A DNA stretch of 64,000 bases from Salinirubellus litoreus. Lineage in GTDB: Archaea; Halobacteriota; Halobacteria; Halobacteriales; Haloarculaceae. Location of the stretch: assembly GCF_037335815.1 (NCBI RefSeq), contig NZ_CP147841.1, positions 1,234,591-1,298,590 of the forward strand. Direction: 5' to 3'. Made by a program: the position numbers and the translations under genes. Of the stretch, positions 9,788 through 18,493 are shown piece after piece. The notes under the pieces were generated by a model. It made no database searches, was not told where the DNA came from, and was given only the letters and a program-made list of their open reading frames with translations. Within the stretch, counting starts at the first letter, position 1, and each line of letters opens with the position of its first letter.

Positions 9788-10252
9788 GTGACACCACCGT
9801 CCCGCGACCGGGCCGAGGCCGCGCTCCGCTCGTTGCGGGGGGCCTACGACTCGTTCGACGTCCACCAGACCTCCGTCTCGCTCGACCCGGGGGCCTACGA
9901 CACCGCGCTCCACGACGGGCTGATCGACGCCGCGATACGGGTCGAGAACGACGCCGGGGAGGTGCTCGTGGTCGAGGACCGAAGCCGGTGCGAGCCGCGC
10001 GTCCGGTTCGATCACGAGGCGGGGAGCGACCTCGCCGAGACGGCGCGGTCGGCGCTCGCCGACACGACCGGCGTCGTCTGCCGGGTGACCGACCTCCGGA
10101 GGGTCTCGGTGCTGGCGATACACGACGAGACGGACGCGAGTCGTCCCGCGAAGTTCGCGCTGGACGTCCGCCTCTCGGGTCTGTACGAGGGCGGCGAACC
10201 GGGGAACGGGTTCGACTGGTGCGACGGTCTCGAAGTCCAGGCGATCGAGTGA
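9788..10252 (+). CDS. hypothetical acidic protein (possibly NUDIX-like fold)
   Basis: GTG start at 9788; acidic composition unlike R-rich opposite-strand ORF 9758..10282; weak NUDIX-box-like segment E..ETARSALADTTG. Confidence 0.4.
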   Translation: MTPPSRDRAEAALRSLRGAYDSFDVHQTSVSLDPGAYDTALHDGLIDAAIRVENDAGEVLVVEDRSRCEPRVRFDHEAGSDLAETARSALADTTGVVCRVTDLRRVSVLAIHDETDASRPAKFALDVRLSGLYEGGEPGNGFDWCDGLEVQAIE

Positions 10253-10310
10253 GCCGAGGTCGGCCAGAGCGGTCGTTCCCACCGTCAGGAGCCGGCTCCG
10301 GCGGTCCCGG

Positions 10311-10697
10311 CTACTCGATTATCTCGCCGACCGCGAAGTTCGACTTGACCTCGGTTATCTCGATCTTGACGCGCTCGCCGACCTCGCCGCCCGGGACGAT
10401 GATGACGTAACCCCGTTCGACCCGCGCGATGCCGTCACCCTGCTTGCCGAGGTCCTCGATCTCGACGTAGCGTATCTCGCCGCGCTCGACCGGCGGCTGT
10501 GGCTCGTCCGGCGGACTCGATCCCTCCGCCGACTCCTCGACCGCCTCCTCGGTGCTGATGAGCGCCACCCGGTAGGTCTCGCCCGCCGCGACCGACCCGG
10601 TGTCTATCTCCCGGCGCGGCACCTCGACGACGAACCGGTCCTCCTCGGACTCGATCTCGGCACTGAATAGACACAGCAGTTTCTCGGAGATCTCCAT
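10311..10697 (-). CDS. TRAM domain-containing protein
   Basis: C-terminal GKQGDGIARVERGYVIIVPGGEVGERVKIEITEVKSNFAVGEIIE matches TRAM OB-fold consensus common in haloarchaea. Confidence 0.8.
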   Translation of the reverse strand: MEISEKLLCLFSAEIESEEDRFVVEVPRREIDTGSVAAGETYRVALISTEEAVEESAEGSSPPDEPQPPVERGEIRYVEIEDLGKQGDGIARVERGYVIIVPGGEVGERVKIEITEVKSNFAVGEIIE

Positions 10698-10773
10698 GAG
10701 ACTCTCTGACTCGCGGCAAGGCCGCCCAGCGGTATAGAACTACCGACGGGGCGGCGACGGGGGGACGGGACGG

Positions 10774-11463
10774 CTACGGATCGTCCCCCGAGAGCGGGGT
10801 TCCGTCGGGCCGTTTCGCCCCCTCCGAATCGTGGACCACGACGCCCTCGACGCCCGCCGGCTCGTAGTTCTCGCGGAGCGCGATGGCCTCCTCGACGTCG
10901 CGGACGGCCCGCTCCTTCAGCGCCCGGGCGAGATCCTCGGCGTCCTCGCGGGAGATGTCGCGTCCGAGCCCCTCGCACTCGTGGGCGCGTACAGGACCCT
11001 CGCGGTCGACGGCTTCGCCCATCGGCTGGCTCGCGGTCGCCAGGTCGACGCTGAACGGGTAGGTCCGACAGACCAGCGGCCGGGCGTCGTGGACGGTACA
11101 CGCGCCGGTTCCCTCGTCCTCCGTGTAGAACGTACAGTCCCCGCAGGCATCGGTCTGGAGCGCCCACTCCAGGGTCTCGCCCTCGGGGCCGTCGGCCCCT
11201 TCGTGGAGGCCGTAGGGCATCGGGCGGGCGACGTCCCGCCAGTCGTACTCGTGTTCGAACTCGGGGCTCTCGGCGGTGGCCCGCTGGAGGTTTCGTACTT
11301 CCTCGGGAAACACGGTCGCGGTGTGTTCGTCCCCAGCGTGGCCCTTGCAGCACGCCCCACAGCGCGTACACTCGAACCCGATGGTCTCGATGGCATCCGC
11401 GAGTTCCGAGACGTCGAGGTCCCGCGCCCGTTCGAGTTCGGCTTCGAGGCTCTGACCCGACAC
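10774..11463 (-). CDS. YkgJ-family (UPF0153) cysteine-cluster zinc/iron-chelating domain protein
   Basis: CTRCGACC plus further Cys clusters (CGDC, C..C); GTG start at 11461-11463. Confidence 0.65.
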   Translation of the reverse strand: MSGQSLEAELERARDLDVSELADAIETIGFECTRCGACCKGHAGDEHTATVFPEEVRNLQRATAESPEFEHEYDWRDVARPMPYGLHEGADGPEGETLEWALQTDACGDCTFYTEDEGTGACTVHDARPLVCRTYPFSVDLATASQPMGEAVDREGPVRAHECEGLGRDISREDAEDLARALKERAVRDVEEAIALRENYEPAGVEGVVVHDSEGAKRPDGTPLSGDDP

Positions 11464-11527
11464 ACCCTCGTTTCGGGTCGAACGCGAAAAGAGGTGTCGG
11501 GTGGCGAGTGGACGTGGAGTGTCGGGT

Positions 11528-11913
11528 GGGACTGAAAGGGGCCGGCGGTTCGGGGAAGGCGGGCGACGTAAGCACCGAAGCGGAGTGAGCGAAGCGAACG
11601 GAGCGAGGAGCGCAGCGAGCTCTGCTCGCGGGCCGAAGGCCCGCTCGCATGGTCCGCGGCGGCTTCGCCGCCGCGCTACCCCCGACCCGAACCGTCGGGG
11701 GCTTTCGGGGTGTTCTCATCGTTGGCAGCGGGGGAGACCACGACCACCTCGAAAGCCCCCGGTGGCTGGACTCGCGCGGAACACTCTGCGCTCCTCGGCC
11801 TTCGGCCTGCGGTGCTTGAGGCTCCGTGCTTCGTCCAGTCAGCGCGAGGCCGGCGGAGCCGGCCTCGAATGGTCGCGGCGGCGAAGCCGCCGCGCACGGC
11901 CCCTTTCAGTCCC
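11528..11913. repeat. 386-bp palindromic (head-to-head dimer) intergenic repeat element, family shared with 21010-21293 and 25537-25712
   Basis: Left terminus GGGACTGAAAGGGGCC (11528-11543) and inverted copy GGCCCCTTTCAGTCCC (11898-11913); inner CGGGGGCTTTCGGGGTG (11696-11712) and CACCTCGAAAGCCCCCG (11745-11761); internal hairpins CGGCGGC-TTC-GCCGCCG, GAGGCCGGC-TCC-GCCGGCCTC. Confidence 0.7.
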
Positions 11914-11963
11914 TCCCGACATCGGAGGCTATCGAACGCCGTCGCTGACCGAGACGACACGCC

Positions 11964-11970
11964 AAAAAAG
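11964..11970 (-). terminator. oligo-T tract (CTTTTTT on coding strand) 22 nt downstream of thermosome stop
   Basis: plus-strand AAAAAAG at 11964-11970; archaeal termination typically at oligo-T. Confidence 0.45.
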
Positions 11971-11991
11971 TGCGGAAGGTCGAAACGCCGT

Positions 11992-13572
11992 CTAGTTCGA
12001 CGCGATGACGTCGTCGATGCGGGCGATCATGGTGGCGGCCTCGGTGGCGCTCTCGATGGCCTCGCGCTTGACCGCCGCGGGGTCGAGGACGCCGTGCTCG
12101 ACGGGGTCGCCGATCTCGCCGGTCTGGCCGTGCGAGATGATGCCGGCGATGCCCTCGTTATCGTGGCGCGAGCGCAGGTCGACCAGCGCGTCGATGGGGT
12201 CCATACCCGTGTTCTCGGCGAGCGTGCGCGGGATGATGTCGATGGCGTCGGCGAACGCCTCGACGGCGAGCTGCTTGCGGCCCTCGATGCCGGCCGAGCC
12301 CTGACGGATGTGGTCCGCGATGGCGATCTCCGTCCCGCCGGCCCCGGGGACGACGCCGCCCTTGTCGAGCGCGGCGGTGACGACGTCGAGCGCGTCGTTG
12401 AGCGCGCGCTCGAGCTCGTCGGCGACGTGTTCGGTGCCGCCGCGGGCGAACACCGTCACCGATTCGGCGGCCGCGCCGCCCTCGACGAACGCGAGTTCGT
12501 CGTCGCCGAACTTCTCGACGCGGATGTGGTCGGCCCGGCCGAGGTCGTCGGATTCGAGGTCGTCGACGGAGCCGATGGTCTTCGCGCCGGTGGCCTTCGC
12601 GATGGACTTCGCATCGGAGTCACCGACCGACTCGAACGCGAGGATGTCCTGCTTGGCGAGGTAGGAGGCGACGCGGTCCTCGATGTCACCGGTGACGAAC
12701 GCGACGTCGACGCCCGCGTCGGCGACCTTCTCGGCGTAGCTCCGGAGCTCACCCTCCTCGGCCTCGATGGCGGCCTCGAGCTGGTCGACGCTCGTGATGT
12801 CGTACTCGGCGTCGATGTTGGATTCGCGAATTTCGAGGTCGAGGTCGAGCACCGCGACGGTGGCGTCCTCCACCGAGCGGGGCATGTCGTCGTGGACGGG
12901 CTCCTCGTCGACGATGACCCCCTGGACGAGTTCGGTCGCCGAGGACGAGGCCCCGGTCTGGGTCCGGACGGTGATGCTGTCGCGGTCGACGCCACTGTCG
13001 GTTCGGACCTGCTGGACGGCGGCGACGATGGTTTCCGCGAGCGCGTCGGCCTCGATGTCGCCCGTGCCCTTGCCGGTCATCGAGGACTCGGCGACGGACT
13101 CGAGGAGGTCGTCGTCGAGCTCCTCGTCGAGGGTGACGTCCTCGATGGCCTCCAGCGCGAGCTGTGCGGCCTCGTTGTACCCCTCGACGATGGTCGTCGG
13201 GTGGACGTCGTCCTCGAGGAGGTCCTCGGCCTGGACGAGGAGCTGACCCGCCAGCACCGACGCCGTGGTCGTCCCGTCGCCGACCTCCTCCTCCTGGGAG
13301 TCGGCGACCTCGACGATCATCTGGGCGGCGGGGTGCTCGATGTCCATCTTGTTGAGGATGGTCGCGCCGTCGTTCGTGATGACGACGTCGCCCGAGTCCG
13401 AGACGAGCATCTTGTCCATCCCTCGGGGGCCGAGCGTGGTCCGTACGGCCTCACTGACGGCTTTCCCGGCCTGGATGTTCGAGGACTGTGCGTCCTGCCC
13501 GCGTGTCCGCTGGGTGTCCTCCGCGAGGATGAACATCGGCTGACCGCCCATGCGCTGACGCTGTTGTGCCAT
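11992..13572 (-). CDS. ths: thermosome subunit (group II chaperonin, CCT/TCP-1 family)
   Basis: 526 aa; N-terminal ...[42 protein letters not shown]-binding motif, full equatorial/apical domains. Confidence 0.95.
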   Translation of the reverse strand: MAQQRQRMGGQPMFILAEDTQRTRGQDAQSSNIQAGKAVSEAVRTTLGPRGMDKMLVSDSGDVVITNDGATILNKMDIEHPAAQMIVEVADSQEEEVGDGTTTASVLAGQLLVQAEDLLEDDVHPTTIVEGYNEAAQLALEAIEDVTLDEELDDDLLESVAESSMTGKGTGDIEADALAETIVAAVQQVRTDSGVDRDSITVRTQTGASSSATELVQGVIVDEEPVHDDMPRSVEDATVAVLDLDLEIRESNIDAEYDITSVDQLEAAIEAEEGELRSYAEKVADAGVDVAFVTGDIEDRVASYLAKQDILAFESVGDSDAKSIAKATGAKTIGSVDDLESDDLGRADHIRVEKFGDDELAFVEGGAAAESVTVFARGGTEHVADELERALNDALDVVTAALDKGGVVPGAGGTEIAIADHIRQGSAGIEGRKQLAVEAFADAIDIIPRTLAENTGMDPIDALVDLRSRHDNEGIAGIISHGQTGEIGDPVEHGVLDPAAVKREAIESATEAATMIARIDDVIASN

Positions 13573-13597
13573 AATCGGTTCTTAATCGCCAGCGGTT

Positions 13598-13610
13598 CTA
13601 TATAAAACCT
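13598..13610 (-). promoter_or_regulatory. TATA box (coding strand TTTTATATAGA) about 28-31 nt upstream of thermosome ATG
   Basis: plus strand TCTATATAAAACC at 13598-13610; AT-rich island in GC-rich context; position fits leaderless haloarchaeal promoter. Confidence 0.55.
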
Positions 13611-13725
13611 TCTGAAACTGCCCCGGAGAACGACGGACGGCGGCGTGTGCCGACTGTTGGCACGGGACGGAACGACCCACGGAAGGGGCCCGGAACGGGT
13701 CGTCTCGCGAGACGGGCGAGTCGCC

Positions 13726-14502
13726 TTACGGCTCGACGATCTCGACCGGTTCGATCCCCCGCTCGGACAGTTCGGACTCGATCCGGTCCACCCGGGGGCC
13801 GATAGCGTCGGGTTCGTGGCTGTCCGTCCCGACCGTCACCTCGACACCGGCGTCGAGGAGGGCGTCGAGGAACGGGCTGTTCGGGTGGAGTTCGCCGTAC
13901 TCGTCGAGCGCCCGGCCGGCGTTGATCTCGGGGACGGTCCGCGAGTCGGCGAACGCCTCGGCCGCCCGCCGGTAGTGCTCGTCCGTCGCGAGCCCGCGGA
14001 ACGCGGGGTTCCGTTCGAGGAGGTCGGGGTGGGCGGCGATCTCGAACAGTTCGGCGTCGGCGAGCGCGACCAGCTTCTCGAAGTAGCGGTCGACGAGTTC
14101 GCGGCGCTCGGCCTCGGGCTTCTCCGCGAAGTACGACTCGACGTGGACGTTCACGCCGTCGAGGAAGTGGACGCTCCCGATGGCGTAGTCGAAGCCCGCC
14201 TCCTCGAGAAACGCCTCGATGGTCCCCTCGTCGTCGGGCTCGTAGTCCATCTCCACGGCGTCGAACACCCGGAGGTCGAACCGCTCGCCGATCCGCTCGA
14301 TACCCTCCCGTCGGCGCTCGTAGGTCAGGTCGAGGTTGAACCCCATCGCCTTCTTCCGGCTCGCCCGGCCCTCGTCGGTCGAGACGTTGCAGTGATCGGC
14401 GATGCCGACCGCGTCGAGGCCGGCGTCCTCCGCGGCGCGGCACATCGACCAGAGGAACGAGCCGTCCGAGTAGGTGGAGTGGGTGTGGTAGTCGGCGTTC
14501 AC
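13726..14502 (-). CDS. PHP domain protein (histidinol-phosphatase HisJ family-like)
   Basis: N-terminal HTHSTYSDG metal-binding motif, further His/Asp ligands (GIADHCN, GSVHF, GTDSHEPD); GTG start. Confidence 0.7.
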   Translation of the reverse strand: MNADYHTHSTYSDGSFLWSMCRAAEDAGLDAVGIADHCNVSTDEGRASRKKAMGFNLDLTYERRREGIERIGERFDLRVFDAVEMDYEPDDEGTIEAFLEEAGFDYAIGSVHFLDGVNVHVESYFAEKPEAERRELVDRYFEKLVALADAELFEIAAHPDLLERNPAFRGLATDEHYRRAAEAFADSRTVPEINAGRALDEYGELHPNSPFLDALLDAGVEVTVGTDSHEPDAIGPRVDRIESELSERGIEPVEIVEP

Positions 14503-14548
14503 TGATCGTCGGGAGGGTCGGGACGGTTACGTACCTGTCGGCTTCCCG

Positions 14549-14974
14549 GTGGAACGGGCCACGCATAGCGAGATCCGGACGGATACGGGAGCTCCCGTTC
14601 GAGCCACGGTAACACCGGGCAAAGGTTCTATACCGGTCTCTCGCCTACGGACGGGCGTGCTCCGGAACCGGGAGGGGACGGCCGTCGACCCGGTGCCGTT
14701 CCTGGTCGTGAGCGGGCTCTCGCTCCTCGGGAGCCTCTCGTTCGTCCCGGTCTACTGTCTCACCCTGGGGCTCTCGATGCCCCTGTCGGTCGGTGTCGGC
14801 GGGGCGGTCTTCCTCTGTCTCTCTGCCGCCGCGTACTACCGGATGGTGTGGCGGGCCCTCCCGGATCTCCGGGGGGAGGTTCCCCCCGCTGTTCGCCTCC
14901 AGCGGCTCGTCTACGGCGCGCTCGCCGTCGCCGGCGTCCTCTCGCTGCTCACCCTCCTGCTTTTGTCGCGGTGA
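14549..14974 (+). CDS. hypothetical small membrane protein (true start possibly internal)
   Basis: three predicted TM helices (VPFLVVSGLSLLGSLSFVPVYCLTLGL, MPLSVGVGGAVFLCLSAAAYY, LVYGALAVAGVLSLLTLLLLS); N-terminal 30 codons look non-coding. Confidence 0.3.
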   Translation: MERATHSEIRTDTGAPVRATVTPGKGSIPVSRLRTGVLRNREGTAVDPVPFLVVSGLSLLGSLSFVPVYCLTLGLSMPLSVGVGGAVFLCLSAAAYYRMVWRALPDLRGEVPPAVRLQRLVYGALAVAGVLSLLTLLLLSR

Positions 14975-14988
14975 CCGGTACGGGAGGT

Positions 14989-15384
14989 ATGCGCGAGGTG
15001 GAGGTGTCGCGGTTCGTTCAGGCCCCGCCGGCCGCCGTCGAGCCGCTGCTCTCCCCCATCGGCCTGATGGACGCCGAGGGGAGCTTCGAGGTCCGGAACG
15101 TGAGCGACACCGACGGGGGGACGGAGGTCACAGTGGGAGGCTACGGGCTCGAACTCGTCTTCCGGTTCACCGAACGCGAGGACGGGATCGCCTACGAACA
15201 GGTATCGGGGCCGCTCGACGTCCTCGAAACGACGGTCACCTGTGCCCCGGAGAACGAGGGGACGCGACTCACCGCCCGGTCGCGGGTGGCCGTCGGCGGT
15301 CCCGAACTGATCGACCGACTCGCGGCGTGGAAGCGCCGCGGGGAACTCCGGCGGGCGCTCCGGGCCGTCGCGGACGCGGCCTGA
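14989..15384 (+). CDS. SRPBCC (polyketide cyclase/START-like) domain protein
   Basis: ATG at 14989 preceded by GGGAGG; 131 aa acidic protein MREVEVSRFVQAPPAAVEPLLSPIG... typical of SRPBCC fold. Confidence 0.55.
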   Translation: MREVEVSRFVQAPPAAVEPLLSPIGLMDAEGSFEVRNVSDTDGGTEVTVGGYGLELVFRFTEREDGIAYEQVSGPLDVLETTVTCAPENEGTRLTARSRVAVGGPELIDRLAAWKRRGELRRALRAVADAA

Positions 15385-15501
15385 ACTCCCCGACTCGACC
15401 TCCTCTCGCTGGCACTCCCTGCGGAGTCCTCTTTCCGTGGTTGTGCGTACGCCCCGCCCGTTCGCCCTGGTGTTTCAGGGCTGGAGAGGGTTTCTCCGGT
15501 C

Positions 15502-15726
15502 ATGGGCGTCCTCAGCACGCTGAAGGAGACCCTGCAGGCGTCGACGCAGTCGGGGAACCGCGGCGACGTCACGGAAGGCGAGTCGAAGGGTGCCTACTGG
15601 TGTCACGACTGCGACGAGCGCATCAGGGACGTGGACGCTCCCGGCGAGGGACCGCCTAACTGCCCGGACTGCGGCGGGGAGATGACGTTCGAGCGGTCGG
15701 TCGGGTCGACCGGCTGCGCCTGCTAA
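15502..15726 (+). CDS. small zinc-ribbon protein (CxxC...CxxC)
   Basis: 74 aa, CHDCDE ... CPDCGGE zinc-ribbon spacing, acidic, GC3-rich. Confidence 0.5.
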   Translation: MGVLSTLKETLQASTQSGNRGDVTEGESKGAYWCHDCDERIRDVDAPGEGPPNCPDCGGEMTFERSVGSTGCAC

Positions 15727-15736
15727 GTCGCCCACT

Positions 15737-16993
15737 CTACTCGAACGCCAGTTCCTCGCCCTCCGATTCGGGGAAGGGGTTCTCGAAGTCCGACCAGTCG
15801 GCGTCCATCTCGGCGTCGGTGAGCACGCAGTTCGCGAGCCGATCCCGGAGGCCGTCTTCGTCCATCCCGCGGCCGATGAGCACGAGTTCCGTCCGTCGGT
15901 CGCCCCACTCCTCGTTCCAGGGGAGGTCGGGTCGCATCCGCCGCTGGGTCTCCCGGCGCTCCTCGGGGAGCGCGGCGACCCAGTTCCCGCGCACCGTCAC
16001 CGCCCGGTACGACGGACCGACGCCGCTGTACCGCAGGGCGACGTCCTCGCGCCCGGCGACCCAGACGATACCCTTCGAGCGGATGACCGACTCCGGCAGG
16101 TCGGAGAGGAACGACGCGAACCGCCCGGGGTGGAGCGGCCGCTCGGATCGGAACGGGAACGACGTCACCCCGTAGGTCGACTGGGGATCGTGGTCGGCGT
16201 GGTCGTGGTCGTGTCCTTCCTCGTGGGCCTCGGCGTGTTCGAGCGCCCGCTTCCAGCCCTCGGTCTCGCTCACCGTGTCGTGGTCGAACAGCCCGGTATC
16301 CAGTACTGCGTCGAGGTCCACTTCCCCCCGGGTGACCCGGTACTGCCGGGCCTCGGGGTTGAGCGCCTCTAGGAGGTGCTCGGTCTCCTCGATGCCCTCC
16401 TCGTCGGCGACGTCGCACTTGTTGACGAGGAGGACATCCGCGCACTCTACCTGCCCGACGAGCAGGTCCGACAGCGGCCGGACCTCCCCCTCGCGTTCCG
16501 CCTGTCCCGGTCGCGTTCTCCGGATATCCTCGGTCGTGACCACCTCGTCGTCGGCGAGCGTCGACCGGAAGTTCGCCGCGTCGACCACGGTGACGAGCGT
16601 GTCGAGCCGGTACGGCGCGCTCGCGGGGCCGGTCGTGAAGAGCCGGGCGACCGGCGCGGGTTCGGAGATTCCCGAGGACTCGACGACGAGGTGGTCGAAG
16701 TCCCGGCGGCGGGCGAGTCGGCTCACCGCCACCTCCAGGTCGTCCCGGAGGTCACAGCAGATACACCCGTTCGAGAGTTCGGTGATGCCGTCCTCCCGAG
16801 CGTCGATCAGTTCGGCGTCGACGTTCACCGCACCCATGTCGTTGACGAGCACCGCGAGACGTCGGCCGTCGGCGTTCGACAGCAGGTGGTTGAGCGTCGT
16901 CGTCTTCCCGGCCCCGAGCGCCCCGCTGAACACCGTCACCGGGACGCCGTCGCCACCCGTCAGGCTCATGCTCGTCGTTCGGGCCTCGCTCAC
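15737..16993 (-). CDS. CobW/COG0523 G3E-family GTPase (metallochaperone) with His-rich segment
   Basis: GALGAGKTT P-loop, GCICCDL metal-binding motif, HEEGHDHDHADHD His-rich linker, CobW C-terminal domain; alternative ATG at 16969. Confidence 0.8.
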   Translation of the reverse strand: MSEARTTSMSLTGGDGVPVTVFSGALGAGKTTTLNHLLSNADGRRLAVLVNDMGAVNVDAELIDAREDGITELSNGCICCDLRDDLEVAVSRLARRRDFDHLVVESSGISEPAPVARLFTTGPASAPYRLDTLVTVVDAANFRSTLADDEVVTTEDIRRTRPGQAEREGEVRPLSDLLVGQVECADVLLVNKCDVADEEGIEETEHLLEALNPEARQYRVTRGEVDLDAVLDTGLFDHDTVSETEGWKRALEHAEAHEEGHDHDHADHDPQSTYGVTSFPFRSERPLHPGRFASFLSDLPESVIRSKGIVWVAGREDVALRYSGVGPSYRAVTVRGNWVAALPEERRETQRRMRPDLPWNEEWGDRRTELVLIGRGMDEDGLRDRLANCVLTDAEMDADWSDFENPFPESEGEELAFE

Positions 16994-17071
16994 TTAGTGC
17001 TCGCGACCGGCGGTCGTGCGCGGCCCGCGGGCGGTCGACACGCTTTTTCGCCGAACGCCCCACGGGCGGGC

Positions 17072-17368
17072 ATGGACCTGGAAGCGCGTATCCGGGCGTT
17101 CCGGGCGGACCTGGAGGAGTGGCTCCGGGGGCTCTACCACGGGATGATCTCGCATCCGGCGTACGAACTCATCGAGAAGGAGGCCGAGGACCAGGAGGAC
17201 GCCTTCCTGCTGGCGTGCTTCCCCGACGCGTTCGGCATCCCGAGTCCCGTCTCGTACTACACCGCCGAACTGCTCCCGTACCTGGGCGAGGAGTTCGAGG
17301 GGTGGGAACGGCGGATGTGGGACCGCGAGTCGATGCTCGAACGCAAGGGCCAGCAGTACCACTTCTGA
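17072..17368 (+). CDS. small acidic hypothetical protein translationally coupled (TGATG) to ArsA-family ATPase
   Basis: ATG verified at 17072; 98 aa MDLEARIRAFRADLEEWLRGLYHGMISHPAYELIEKEAEDQEDAFLL...; stop TGA overlaps ATG of next gene at 17366-17370. Confidence 0.5.
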   Translation: MDLEARIRAFRADLEEWLRGLYHGMISHPAYELIEKEAEDQEDAFLLACFPDAFGIPSPVSYYTAELLPYLGEEFEGWERRMWDRESMLERKGQQYHF

Positions 17369-18366
17369 TGGACGGGACGGCGACGAACGAGGACGACGGG
17401 ATCGAGAAGTTCGTCTTCTTCGGCGGGAAGGGCGGCGTCGGCAAGACCACCGTTTCGAGCGCCTACGCCCACCGGTGTGCGACCAGCGGTATGGAGACGC
17501 TGCTGGTGTCGACGGACCCGGCACACAGCACCGCGGACGTGTTCGACCAGGCGTTCGACGACGACCCGACCCCCGTGGAGGGGTACGACTCGCTCTCGGT
17601 CATGGAGATCGACCCCGACGAGGCCGTCGACGAGCACCTGATGGAAATAAAGCGGACGATGGGCGACCAGGTGAGCCCCTCGATCGTCAACGAGATCGAC
17701 CGACAGATCGAGCTCGCCCACCGGACGCCGGGTGCCCACGAGGCGGCGCTGTTCGACCGGTTCATCGAGGTGATGCGCGGCGCGGACGAGTACGACCGCG
17801 TCGTCTTCGACACTTCGCCTACCGGAGGAACGCTTCGATTGCTCTCGCTCCCGGAGTACCTGGGCGGGTGGATCGACCGGCTCCTGAGCAAGCGCGAGGA
17901 GAGCGTGAGACTGTTCGAACGGGCGGCGCTGGGCGACCGCGAGCCACGGCGCTCCCGCGTGGGCGATCCCATCATCGCCCGGCTCCAGGGGCGAAAGGAG
18001 AATTTCGAGTTCGCGGGGGAGGTCCTCCGCGAGCGGGCGTCGTTCTACCTCGTCCTGAACCCCGACCAGCTCTCGATCCGCGAGACGCGGCGGGCGATCG
18101 ACTCGCTCCGCGAGCAGGACCTCGTGGTGTCGGGGCTGGTGATGAACCGGCTCACCCCCGAACCCGACGCCGAGGAGGACGGTCGCGGCGCGCGCTACCT
18201 GCGCGAGCGGGTCGAGACCGAGACCGAGCGGGTCCGGGAGGCCCGTGAGACGCTCGACCCGCCCGTCGTCGCGACCATCGAGACGCGCGTCCGCGAGGTC
18301 AAGGACGACCTGCTCGGAGCGGTCGCCGACGAGCTCGATATCGATATCGGCGTCGTCGCCAACTGA
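17368..18366 (+). CDS. ArsA/GET3-family anion-transporting / tail-anchored-protein-targeting ATPase
   Basis: GGKGGVGKTT deviant Walker A, DTSPTGGTLRLL (signature DTAPTGHT-like), 332 aa. Confidence 0.85.
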   Translation: MDGTATNEDDGIEKFVFFGGKGGVGKTTVSSAYAHRCATSGMETLLVSTDPAHSTADVFDQAFDDDPTPVEGYDSLSVMEIDPDEAVDEHLMEIKRTMGDQVSPSIVNEIDRQIELAHRTPGAHEAALFDRFIEVMRGADEYDRVVFDTSPTGGTLRLLSLPEYLGGWIDRLLSKREESVRLFERAALGDREPRRSRVGDPIIARLQGRKENFEFAGEVLRERASFYLVLNPDQLSIRETRRAIDSLREQDLVVSGLVMNRLTPEPDAEEDGRGARYLRERVETETERVREARETLDPPVVATIETRVREVKDDLLGAVADELDIDIGVVAN

Positions 18367-18493
18367 GGCCGCCACGGCGAATCGCCATGTAAATGTAGGT
18401 CCCTAGAACACCCGCAAGAAACCCCGAGGAAGGGGTTCACACCTCAGAATTACCAAATTTTAAGTGGGAGTTTTCGTATGGTCTCGGTACGTC

